This document shows positions 56,240 through 64,000 of a stretch of 64,000 nt of DNA, piece after piece. How positions within the stretch are numbered: position 1 is the first letter of the stretch; each line of letters opens with the position of its first letter. The stretch comes from a virus. Its lineage: Duplodnaviria; Caudoviricetes. Where the stretch lies: the IMG/VR virus record IMGVR_UViG_3300028833_003296, positions 15,736 to 79,735 of that record, one strand, 5' to 3'. A program made the position numbers and the translations under genes. The notes beneath the pieces are model-generated. The model did not search any database and was not told the DNA's origin. It worked only from the letters and a program-made list of their open reading frames with translations.

Positions 56240-56437
56240 ATGAAAGTAATAAAAGTAAGGAAGATCCTGAAGGCGTTGAGAGATGACGGATGGACACTCA
56301 AGCATCAGGTAGGGAGTCACGCCCAGTACGTTCATCCCATTAAACCCGGGAAGGTGACAATCAATGGCACAGGCAACGACGACGTGTACGGTGATCTATT
56401 GAAAAGCATTGAGGAGCAATCGGGGCTGGAGTTTTAG
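56240..56437 (+). CDS. hicA: HicA-family toxin
   Basis: KALRDDGWTLKHQVGSHAQYVHPIKPGKVTI. Confidence 0.9.
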   Translation: MKVIKVRKILKALRDDGWTLKHQVGSHAQYVHPIKPGKVTINGTGNDDVYGDLLKSIEEQSGLEF

Positions 56438-56569
56438 CGAACTCCTTCCCCTCTACTTAAATTCTTCCTAAATTCGATTATTGAGGTTTCCAGAGTGGCA
56501 GTAAAGAATCATAATGATTTGTGCCACTCTTTATAAAGGAATTATGATAGAAAAGATAACTTAATTTTT

Positions 56570-56977
56570 ATGGCAACTGTAATTATGAACACCGCACGTA
56601 CCGAAAACGGGTATAGTTGCGCTTGCGATCTGCTCCCAGGTTGGGTAGTAGCATGCTCAGGCGACTTTGAGCAGTTCAAGAAAGAAGTCGAAGACAGCAT
56701 CAAGTTCTATATTGACTGCGCGAAAGAGGATAACGACGTATATCCTGCAGTCTTTGACGAGGAATACGAAATTGTCTATAAGTTTAACGTCCAATCGCTA
56801 CTCGAATTTTATCGCGGCATTTTCTCTTTTTCATCACTGGAGACCATCACTGGTATCAATCAAAAGCAGTTGGCTCACTATGCATCAGGTATTAGTAAGC
56901 CACGTCCTAAACAAGCAGAAAAGATTGCTAACGGCCTGCACAAGTTGGCGAAAGAGATGATGGCAGTAACAGTATAA
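56570..56977 (+). CDS. hicB: HicB-family antitoxin with HTH
   Basis: YSCACDLLPGWVV..FKKEVEDSIKFY plus TGINQKQLAHYASGISKPRPKQ. Confidence 0.8.
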   Translation: MATVIMNTARTENGYSCACDLLPGWVVACSGDFEQFKKEVEDSIKFYIDCAKEDNDVYPAVFDEEYEIVYKFNVQSLLEFYRGIFSFSSLETITGINQKQLAHYASGISKPRPKQAEKIANGLHKLAKEMMAVTV

Positions 56978-57116
56978 ATCACAAATTAATCCCGAAATCT
57001 TTTGCAGGTTTCGGGATTTTCTTACTAAATAATTTTCTCGTAAGGATATACCCCTTGAAAGGTGGAAGGTGCAAACCTTGATAATTATCATTCAATGGGT
57101 ATGATTCTTCTTTAAA

Positions 57117-57782
57117 TTATCCGTTTTCTGCAAATTGTTTCCATTTATCAGGGATTCTATAGGTAATAGTACCTACTGTTACTTCATCATCCATAACAGC
57201 TTCGGCGAATCTTATTTCATTCAGATCGAGCAAAGAAGGCTTACCCCCATGACGCATCAAATTGTCAGTTAAATCTCGACAAGAAACAGATGGTGGAAAA
57301 TAGACCTTAATTTTCTTATCTTTAAAATGCCTCTGTATAAACTCTAAAGGCGGAACAAGGTCACTATCAGCACTTATCAACACAAGAGAGTCAGTTTTAT
57401 TGAGTATGCAGTCTGCCATCATACGAACAGAGATATTTACGTCCGTTCTTTTTTCTTCTGGCCGTGGAATTGTACCCTTACACAAAGGACATGTAATGTT
57501 TTTTGTAAAATATTTGCCCCTGACGATTTCAAAACGATGGCCATTTAACAACCTGTTAGCATTCAAAAATGCACTTTGCCTACTGTTTTTATCTGGCCTT
57601 AATGGAGATGCCGTAAAATAAACTACTTTCACAAGCTCTTGGTCTGGTCCTAAAAAACTATTGCAAAACTTCACCATATCGAGCCAGTAATATTTACCCC
57701 ATTTGGCATCGGCTTTACGGGAGCGTCTTAAACCATAGTAGAAGTTGAACCCGTCCACATAGAAAGTAATTCTTTTTGTCAT
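57117..57782 (-). CDS. NYN/LabA-DUF88 (PIN-like) nuclease with CxxC insertion
   Basis: FYVDGFNFYYG, EEKRTDVNIS, LISADSDLVPPL motifs and CPLC. Confidence 0.9.
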   Translation of the reverse strand: MTKRITFYVDGFNFYYGLRRSRKADAKWGKYYWLDMVKFCNSFLGPDQELVKVVYFTASPLRPDKNSRQSAFLNANRLLNGHRFEIVRGKYFTKNITCPLCKGTIPRPEEKRTDVNISVRMMADCILNKTDSLVLISADSDLVPPLEFIQRHFKDKKIKVYFPPSVSCRDLTDNLMRHGGKPSLLDLNEIRFAEAVMDDEVTVGTITYRIPDKWKQFAENG

Positions 57783-57850
57783 AGATATTATAAAAATAGC
57801 CGCTCGGAAGCGGCTGGTCTCTACAAGAAAGTAGAGCGATGCTTGTTAAT
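57783..57850 (-). ncRNA. Two-hairpin leader of second NYN gene
   Basis: CTCTAC/GTAGAG and AGCCGCT/AGCGGCT hairpins, then AUUUUU before ATG. Promoter TTTG-N20-TAACTTTG at 57857-57888. Confidence 0.5.
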
Positions 57851-57995
57851 ATGTTGCAAAGTTAATTATTTATTTTTATATTTCCAAATTTATATGCTAA
57901 AAAAATTTCATTACGTAGTATTTTTAACACTTTGAAAACCAAAAAGGGGATGTCGAGCAAATGCATCCCCATGAACAATAATTATCAAACATCTA

Positions 57996-58229
57996 TTACT
58001 CTATGGCCACAAAACCACACTGGAGAAGGTCGGTGAGGAAGTGGTCTGGAGTATCGGTACGGACAATGGTGCCGTCGAGTTGCTTGAGCCGATGGGCGAA
58101 CCGCTGCATATATTCTGCATCGGTACCTTGGTTGTCGAAGAAACTACCTGTATGCAGTTGGTGGACGAAGTCTGTTGGAGAGGTGGCGGTTATCCTACCG
58201 CCATCCCTCAGTGTGTAGGTTGTTGTCAT
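57996..58229 (-). CDS. Small partner of amidoligase
   Basis: 77 aa from MTTTYTL, ATGA overlap with the amidoligase stop. Confidence 0.7.
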   Translation of the reverse strand: MTTTYTLRDGGRITATSPTDFVHQLHTGSFFDNQGTDAEYMQRFAHRLKQLDGTIVRTDTPDHFLTDLLQCGFVAIE

Positions 58230-59170
58230 GCTGCCAATTTTCTTGTTCTTATTTTGAAATATAACTTCTCGCTGTCGGTAAGGAAAGGAACGGTATCGAG
58301 CGTTGTGCGCTGCTGCACCATGCCTTGCTTTGCAAAGGTAATCATTTTTGCGAGAAAATGAATCCATGCAGACATTTTTGTGAAGTTTGTCGTGCCACCG
58401 TGTTGGCGGAACTCCACCGTCTGGTGGCGTGCGAACGCTTCAAGGTTTACCTTGTGGTAGCGGTCGTTGCGAAATGCCCTACGCAGGTCAGTGATGGTTT
58501 GAGCGTTCCTGATGATTGCTTCACTAATGTTTGCCAAACCTTTGCAATAGCGGTTGTTCCTGCGTGAGCGTGGCATGAAGCCGTCGATGACACCCTCCAG
58601 CCTCTTATAGGTAATGGCGAGGTTGCGCCATGTGGGCATGTCGAAGTCTGCAGCGTCCATGTGGATGTGCAGTCCGCAGCTGTCGTTTACCTTCGCGTCG
58701 CAGAGGTCAAGCACCCAGCAAACCTTCTCCAGTTCCTCAAGTCCCTGCTCTCCATGAAGGATGGGACTTACCAGTTCGAAGGTCTGATTACCCGAAAGGC
58801 TGCTGTCGGTGACCAGCTTCCAGTGGTCGCGGTGGTCGGTGTGGTTGTATCCTTCGACTGCCACGTTGATGCCAGCTGCGCGAAGCTCTCTGGCAACCTT
58901 CTCGCGCGTACAGTTGTATGCCTCAATCTCGATGCCAAAGTTGCGGTTGAAAGTGTAGTCCAGTTGTGGAGCCACCGTAGCTGCTGCCGTGGCTGCCGTA
59001 GCCAGCGTCTCGCGCATCATCCGTGCGTAGATGTTCTGTACGAATCCGTAATTACCGTTGGTAACAAGGTCGGCTACCTGTCTGCGTGTCAATCCAAGTG
59101 CGAGAAGCTGCTGTATCTTTGCCGTCTTGGTTGCGTTTTGGTTGAGAATGTTTTGAATTTGCTCGTTCAT
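58226..59170 (-). CDS. Putative amidoligase (COOH-NH2 ligase type 2) with N-terminal HTH
   Basis: FGIEIE, WKLVTDSS, FELVSPIL, SCGLHIH, RYHKVNL, TVEFRQH motifs. Confidence 0.88.
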   Translation of the reverse strand: MNEQIQNILNQNATKTAKIQQLLALGLTRRQVADLVTNGNYGFVQNIYARMMRETLATAATAAATVAPQLDYTFNRNFGIEIEAYNCTREKVARELRAAGINVAVEGYNHTDHRDHWKLVTDSSLSGNQTFELVSPILHGEQGLEELEKVCWVLDLCDAKVNDSCGLHIHMDAADFDMPTWRNLAITYKRLEGVIDGFMPRSRRNNRYCKGLANISEAIIRNAQTITDLRRAFRNDRYHKVNLEAFARHQTVEFRQHGGTTNFTKMSAWIHFLAKMITFAKQGMVQQRTTLDTVPFLTDSEKLYFKIRTRKLAA

Positions 59171-59300
59171 AACTGTCTGGTTTTTAATTAATTATTGTTC
59201 TTTTGTTAATGCAAATTTAACACTATATTACGGAACGTGCAAGTTATATCTGCTTTATAATCAGGTGTTTAGAGTAGTTTAGCTTGTGATAAATATTGAT

Positions 59301-59335
59301 AAAAAAAGAACAAACGCATCACTGCGTCTGTTCTC
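59301..59335 (-). terminator. Terminator after lysis cassette
   Basis: GAACA.ACGCA-TCAC-TGCGT.TGTTC with a U-run on the minus strand. Confidence 0.65.
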
Positions 59336-59434
59336 AACTGGTGATTTTTAACTGCGAGTGTTATCCTAAAAATCCCCCACCCTAAAAAAACAATTTTTTT
59401 CTTTTAACAAGACCTATAAAAATGAAATTGTATG

Positions 59435-60061
59435 TCACTTCGTAATCCTAACGTACTTTGCATGGGTGATGATGCTGTGAGGATTATGGCTCACTACATC
59501 GAGGTGTATGGCCTTGCAGCCGAAACGAAAAAACAAGAAGCGTTTGGGTATCTTGTGTACGATGAAGTCAAGGGTGTCGCGGTTCTCTATGGAGCCCGTG
59601 AACGTGTCTTCGTGTATGCAGCCGTCGAGCGAAAGCCAAGAATCCACATACGTGAGACAGCGCAGGGTATCGTTTGCCGCCTCTATGGAATCGTTGATTG
59701 CGGGTCGCTGAATGATGCTGTCGCGCACAGGAACCATGATATCGTGGCTTGTCTTGGTAGTGGCTTGAGCCAGTTCCATGAGCCTTCTATTCTTGATGCC
59801 GAGTTCTCGGGTGATGTTCAGTAGGGTGTCGTTGCTTTCTTTCAGTTCTGAAACCTTCAGGTTAAGTGCCTGGATCTCTGCCACGCTCTTGCCAAGAGAG
59901 GTACGATATTCCACTTTCATTTCGGGTGCAAGCAGCGCAGCCTGGTTTTCCTTGAGCCGTTGGATCTCCGCCCTGTAGTCCATGATCTTGATGACGGATG
60001 CCGAGAGTGCAGCAATCAAGACGACGGGGATTGCAAATTTCAGGATATTGAAGTTTGTCAT
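59435..60061 (-). CDS. Spanin-like (Rz-type, DUF6549-like) protein
   Basis: N-terminal transmembrane anchor and coiled coil, directly after the endolysin. Confidence 0.6.
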   Translation of the reverse strand: MTNFNILKFAIPVVLIAALSASVIKIMDYRAEIQRLKENQAALLAPEMKVEYRTSLGKSVAEIQALNLKVSELKESNDTLLNITRELGIKNRRLMELAQATTKTSHDIMVPVRDSIIQRPAINDSIEAANDTLRCLTYVDSWLSLDGCIHEDTFTGSIENRDTLDFIVHKIPKRFLFFRFGCKAIHLDVVSHNPHSIITHAKYVRITK

Positions 60062-60076
60062 AGATGGTGGCTTTGA

Positions 60077-60484
60077 TTATTTGACGTGAATGACCTGCAT
60101 GCGATTGCCAGTTGTGGAATACGATACGTGTACCCAGTTGTATCCGTGTTCGTCTATGAGCTGGTCGAACGGCAAGCCCAACTTAACGATTAGGTTGAAC
60201 AGCACCTTATTGTCTTGCGGCAAGTCGCTCACCGAGCGAATGTCAGCAGCCTGTCCCTTGATATGCTGGCTCTTGGCTGCACCACCGACTACTCTGTTGA
60301 GCTTGGCACATCGGTACCCTGAAGATACGATGATGGGCTTGCCATAGGCTTCACGCAACGGGTCGAGCACGTTGTCAACGAGAGCCGTGAGGTTGGCCAC
60401 TATCTTTCTGTCGGGCGTATTGTCTATGCCCTTGCGTTTGGCCGTCGGGCTATTGGTAAGCTCGTGAATGGTAAAATGCTTCAT
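60077..60484 (-). CDS. Endolysin, peptidase M15A family
   Basis: SSGYRC..LNRVVGGA..SQHIKGQAADI and WVHVSY zinc-peptidase motifs. Confidence 0.9.
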   Translation of the reverse strand: MKHFTIHELTNSPTAKRKGIDNTPDRKIVANLTALVDNVLDPLREAYGKPIIVSSGYRCAKLNRVVGGAAKSQHIKGQAADIRSVSDLPQDNKVLFNLIVKLGLPFDQLIDEHGYNWVHVSYSTTGNRMQVIHVK

Positions 60485-60720
60485 TGTCTTCGGTCTAATC
60501 GTTCGTCGATGTAGTTCTTAATCTCCCCGCTCTTGGTGCGGATGAACATGGCCACTCCGAAGATGCTACCGGCATAGACCATGGTTTGCCCTGCATACCA
60601 CAGTACGCCTTCCACCACGTCGCCCGTCATGAAGAATGAGCAAAACGTGAGTACCAGTCCTGAGAGGAGCATCACCACTGCCGTACCGTATTGAATCTTA
60701 TCCTTACTGTCTGGTGTCAT
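60481..60720 (-). CDS. Holin
   Basis: 79 aa, two transmembrane segments, overlapping the endolysin start. Confidence 0.75.
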   Translation of the reverse strand: MTPDSKDKIQYGTAVVMLLSGLVLTFCSFFMTGDVVEGVLWYAGQTMVYAGSIFGVAMFIRTKSGEIKNYIDERLDRRQ

Positions 60721-60740
60721 CTGTAAATGATTTTATAGGG

Positions 60741-60775
60741 CAAAGATAGCTTATTCAATCGTTGCGGCAAAGGAC
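60741..60775 (-). promoter_or_regulatory. Prophage B late-type promoter GTCCTTT-N20-TATCTTTG
   Basis: Upstream of the holin. Spacing counted directly. Confidence 0.65.
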
Positions 60776-61335
60776 TTACTCAGGGCATGCGTACCAAGCA
60801 TGTCGGGGGCTGTGGCATCGAGCATGAGCGTCCATCCATACGACCGCAATTCAGACGACACGAAGGGTATGATCTCCGCCTTGTCGAGGTTCTCTCGGCA
60901 CAACCATTCCAAGTTGCCCTTCTCCGAGTCTGCCATCATCCAGGCATGCACCTTGCTGAGCAGCTTCAGAGATTCGTCGCTGGCTATCATGCGCTCCATG
61001 AGGTCGGAGCGGTCGGTCATGCGCATGGCAACGGTCACTGCCAGTCGTTGCGTCACTTGGTAAGACCTGCGTCCATCGCCAAGCATGTCGAACTCGCCGT
61101 AATCTACAAAGAGAAACGAGCCGATGAGCTTGTCGAGACGTTGCTGGATATCCTCGAACGTCTGACCGTACACATAGTTTTCTATCTCTGGCACACGGCT
61201 TATCTTTGGCAGTTCATCGAGGGCAAACAGCAATTCATCGTATTGGCGAAGCTGGCTCTTTCCCATGGTGGCCATCGCCTTGATGCCTTTCTTACTGGGG
61301 AACTGTGCGAAATAAAGAAACAATTCGGTTATCAT
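60751..61335 (-). CDS. Conserved phage structural-region protein
   Basis: 194 aa, coupled to the upstream gene. Confidence 0.65.
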   Translation of the reverse strand: MITELFLYFAQFPSKKGIKAMATMGKSQLRQYDELLFALDELPKISRVPEIENYVYGQTFEDIQQRLDKLIGSFLFVDYGEFDMLGDGRRSYQVTQRLAVTVAMRMTDRSDLMERMIASDESLKLLSKVHAWMMADSEKGNLEWLCRENLDKAEIIPFVSSELRSYGWTLMLDATAPDMLGTHALSKSFAATIE

Positions 61336-62186
61336 ATCATGTCGTTGATTACTTCGATGGGCAGACCAGTCTCAAGGCTGATGGTGGGAGTGTCCATCTT
61401 CAGTCCTCTCATCTGTCGCACGGCGTCGATGGTTTTCTTTCTGAGAATACGCAAATAGGTGAGAACGTTCATCTGCTCCACTTCCTGGTTGTTGCCAAGG
61501 CCGTCTGCAGAGAGGTCGTATAGCGCGTCCATGGCATCGGTGGCGATAGCGGCCTTGTTTTTATCCTTGAACTTAGCCAACAGGGAGAATTCAGTCTTGG
61601 TGAAGAGAAAGGTGTTTATCGCCTGGAAGTTCCACGAGATGGCAACGAGCGTTTCCATGGGCAGCTTGGCAAACTCCTTAGACAAGGCGTGTGCCCGTTC
61701 GCTGTCGTATGTGCCAGGACAATAAAGTATGGCAGCCATGAACGGCAGGGAATCGTTGCCTTGGCTGATGAGTGCACGAGCTTCCAGATACTGGAGAGCG
61801 GTAAGTGAGCACGTAAGCTGGTTGAAATCGGTGCGCACATGATATCCCTCGTAAGTTGTGCCATTCAGTACCAATTTAGGCATAAGCTGGGCACAGAAGC
61901 AGAGATTTACGAGGAACCGCCCTTCCTGGTCTTCATTGAAGAGGAAAGTGAGCCGTTGTGACAGGGCGATGAGCGTGGCCATCGTCTCTTCATCCTTTAT
62001 CTTTGAGAGCTTCCAGTCCATGAGGTTGCAAAGCAATCGGATGCGCACTTCACCAGGTGAGATTTCCCCTGCGGCCATGCGCAACAGATCCTTTACAAGC
62101 AGTTGGTACTGCTTTTGTGTCAAGCCTTCCCATCTGTTGGGAAGGGAAACCATCTTACCGTTGCTTATGAGTGAGATATCATTCAT
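61332..62186 (-). CDS. Conserved phage protein
   Basis: Homologue of 4650-5435. Confidence 0.7.
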   Translation of the reverse strand: MNDISLISNGKMVSLPNRWEGLTQKQYQLLVKDLLRMAAGEISPGEVRIRLLCNLMDWKLSKIKDEETMATLIALSQRLTFLFNEDQEGRFLVNLCFCAQLMPKLVLNGTTYEGYHVRTDFNQLTCSLTALQYLEARALISQGNDSLPFMAAILYCPGTYDSERAHALSKEFAKLPMETLVAISWNFQAINTFLFTKTEFSLLAKFKDKNKAAIATDAMDALYDLSADGLGNNQEVEQMNVLTYLRILRKKTIDAVRQMRGLKMDTPTISLETGLPIEVINDMI

Positions 62187-62188
62187 GG

Positions 62189-63067
62189 TTATGGTGCCAT
62201 TACTATTATATCGTCATTTGTATTGTATGCTGCAAACGAGGCAAAGTCGGTGGTGTCTCCATCGAGAAGCATATCAACATTCTCAAGCAATTGGTCAGCT
62301 TCAGCATCCAGTCGGTCAGCCAAGGCAAGTGCATTGCCGTGTTCATCCTTGCCATTGCGCGATGCCGTATTGTCATCGAAGAGGTTACGGATGGTAGGCG
62401 GGAACTCCAGGATGTCGAACCGTCGCAGCGCCTTGGCAATGGTCTTCTTGGCAAGTGCGAGGTTGAGCATGGCAATGATGCGCTCATCGTCGGTCTTGTC
62501 GTAATAGGCAGAGAGCCGTTCGTCGAGCGTTTCCTTCTGCAATGGTACCGTGCGAAAGAAGAAGAGGTAAGAGAGGTCGATGGGATAGATGGTGTCGAAA
62601 TCATCCGCCGACTTGATTTGGCAGTTGTCTATCAGCTTGAAGTAACGCGCCTCTCTCCACTTAGCTGCAGGACTGGTGGTGTCAGACTCTTCAGGAACGG
62701 TACTGGTGAGCGTACTGATGAGCGTATCCATGGCATTGAAATAATTCTCCGTATAGGCACGTCGCATCTGCTCCAGTTCATACTTGTAAACGTCAGTGCC
62801 CGCCTTGCGACGATTGATGGTATCGAACACCAGTTGCACGGAGAGTGTCATGTTGGCCACTGCAGAGCGCAGTGCATCGAGCAAGACTTCGTCTTCACTG
62901 TCCACTATAGCCGAAAAGACAGACGGCGAAATCACGCTTTCCACACGTTTCTTCGCCGTGCGCCCAGACGATTGCATGTCGTCGAGCGTATTGCTTGTTT
63001 CCACGCCCTGTACGTATTCCGAGAAGGTGGCAAGGCTGTCGAATAATGAAAAGAGTATGTTCTTCAT
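62189..63067 (-). CDS. Head-tail connector-like protein (DUF6712-like)
   Basis: Start MKNILF overlaps the portal stop. Positional homologue of 7253-8086. Confidence 0.6.
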   Translation of the reverse strand: MKNILFSLFDSLATFSEYVQGVETSNTLDDMQSSGRTAKKRVESVISPSVFSAIVDSEDEVLLDALRSAVANMTLSVQLVFDTINRRKAGTDVYKYELEQMRRAYTENYFNAMDTLISTLTSTVPEESDTTSPAAKWREARYFKLIDNCQIKSADDFDTIYPIDLSYLFFFRTVPLQKETLDERLSAYYDKTDDERIIAMLNLALAKKTIAKALRRFDILEFPPTIRNLFDDNTASRNGKDEHGNALALADRLDAEADQLLENVDMLLDGDTTDFASFAAYNTNDDIIVMAP

Positions 63068-64000
63068 GACTGTTGTTGGTTTATACGGTCCTTGGGTGCT
63101 ATGTCTTCCTGCCGCTGGGGCACTTCCCGATAGAAACCAATGCGATATCCCTGGGCGTAGTAGCCGGGGAAATTCACGCGCAAAGCCATGTTGAGCGGTT
63201 CTGCGCAAATCTCGTCTTCAGGAGTGAGCGACATGATGTAGATGAGATAATTGTAGTAAGCGTCGGAACCCGACTTGCTGATGATTCCGTCCTTGGAAAC
63301 AGCGGAGATGGAGGCATCCAGTCCGACACTTGAAAGGAGAGCTTCCTCGGCGCGTTTGTCGTATGCTATCATCGACTCGATATACTCCTTATATTTCATG
63401 TCGATGTTCTCGATGCGCCACGACTGTTCGTGACCGCTGCCGTCCATGAACGAGAACGTGGAGTATGCCTTGCCCTGATTACGCTCACCGGAAAGGTACT
63501 GGCCGAACTTGCGCAGCTCATAGCGTATGTACTCAATGACCGTGGACTCGCGCATCTCGTCGCCAATCTCAATGCCGTTGTACTTGATGAGTTCCTGGTT
63601 ATTGGCCTTGCGCTTCTTGTTTTCCTCACAGAGCTTGCTGATCTGGTTTCGCTTAGATTCCACCCAGGCATTGGGAATGATGATGTGCAACTTGGCTGCC
63701 AGGGAGTTTTTCAGGAACGAGTTGATGTAAATGGCAGTCTTGTTGGAGCCTTGTATGTATGGACGTGCCCCTTGGTGCGTCTCGTTTGCCCCGTAGAACT
63801 CATCCACTGATTTTTCGCGATGATGGCTGACGGCTGCATAGAGATAGTCGTCGAACTCCTTCAGGGAGAACTTAGGGTATATCTTATATTGTCCGGTACC
63901 AAAGAACCACTTGCCTACGGCGATGTGATGGAAATCGCCATACTGGATGAGCTCCGTTGCCACGTCCGTTCGGGTAGTGGCCAACAGGCAATGCTTGTTT
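63064..64000 (-). CDS. Portal protein, C-terminal part (runs off window)
   Basis: Frame is open to the edge. SKSGSDAYYNY resembles NNSGSDKRELF of portal A, in the same gene context. Confidence 0.6.
   Translation of the reverse strand, partial: NKHCLLATTRTDVATELIQYGDFHHIAVGKWFFGTGQYKIYPKFSLKEFDDYLYAAVSHHREKSVDEFYGANETHQGARPYIQGSNKTAIYINSFLKNSLAAKLHIIIPNAWVESKRNQISKLCEENKKRKANNQELIKYNGIEIGDEMRESTVIEYIRYELRKFGQYLSGERNQGKAYSTFSFMDGSGHEQSWRIENIDMKYKEYIESMIAYDKRAEEALLSSVGLDASISAVSKDGIISKSGSDAYYNYLIYIMSLTPEDEICAEPLNMALRVNFPGYYAQGYRIGFYREVPQRQEDIAPKDRINQQQS

Larger units (their letters stand above)
31867..64000. mobile_element. Prophage B, left-hand part (right end outside window)
   Basis: Integrase followed by convergent tail, tape measure, lysis, head-tail and portal genes that duplicate prophage A gene families. 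Confidence 0.75.

Noticed and set aside
9931-59335. Recurrent TCAC-loop hairpins as a phage-specific protein-binding RNA motif
   Set aside because: On the transcribed minus strand the loop is GUGA, an ordinary GNRA tetraloop in terminator hairpins.
1-64000. CRISPR array or diversity-generating retroelement
   Set aside because: No repeat-spacer periodicity, no reverse transcriptase and no adenine-specific repeat pair were seen. The three 38-bp repeats at 49.5-50.1 kb are promoters separated by ORFs.

Overview
The whole window is Bacteroidales (Prevotella-like) temperate tailed-phage DNA with no host housekeeping genes. My best reading is two related but distinct prophages in tandem, in the same orientation. 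They join at an 18-bp att core (31867-31884) that has the structure of a tRNA-Pro 3' end. Prophage A (<1-31884) shows a tail esterase/receptor-binding protein missing from the ORF track, head-tail genes, portal, an accessory island, terminase, capsid, Clp-type protease, an iteron origin, primase-helicase, early genes, an Mpi-like serine recombinase and repressors. Prophage B (31867->64000) shows the integrase, an SGNH tail protein, tail genes, tape measure, an accessory island, the lysis cassette, head-tail genes and portal. Most notable hidden features: (1) a type I toxin-antitoxin-like module, with a 20-aa cationic peptide, an antisense promoter and a fold-back mRNA (26320-26790); (2) three promoter-plus-micro-membrane-protein cassettes directly upstream of the tape measure gene; (3) structured, terminator-like leader RNAs ahead of two NYN/PIN nucleases; (4) phage-specific late-promoter motifs that differ between A and B; (5) an accessory island with the same skeleton in both prophages but swapped cargo; (6) a 60-bp palindromic element in three identical copies. 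No database searches or folding programs were run. Family names come from motif recognition, and all pairings and alignments were done by eye.
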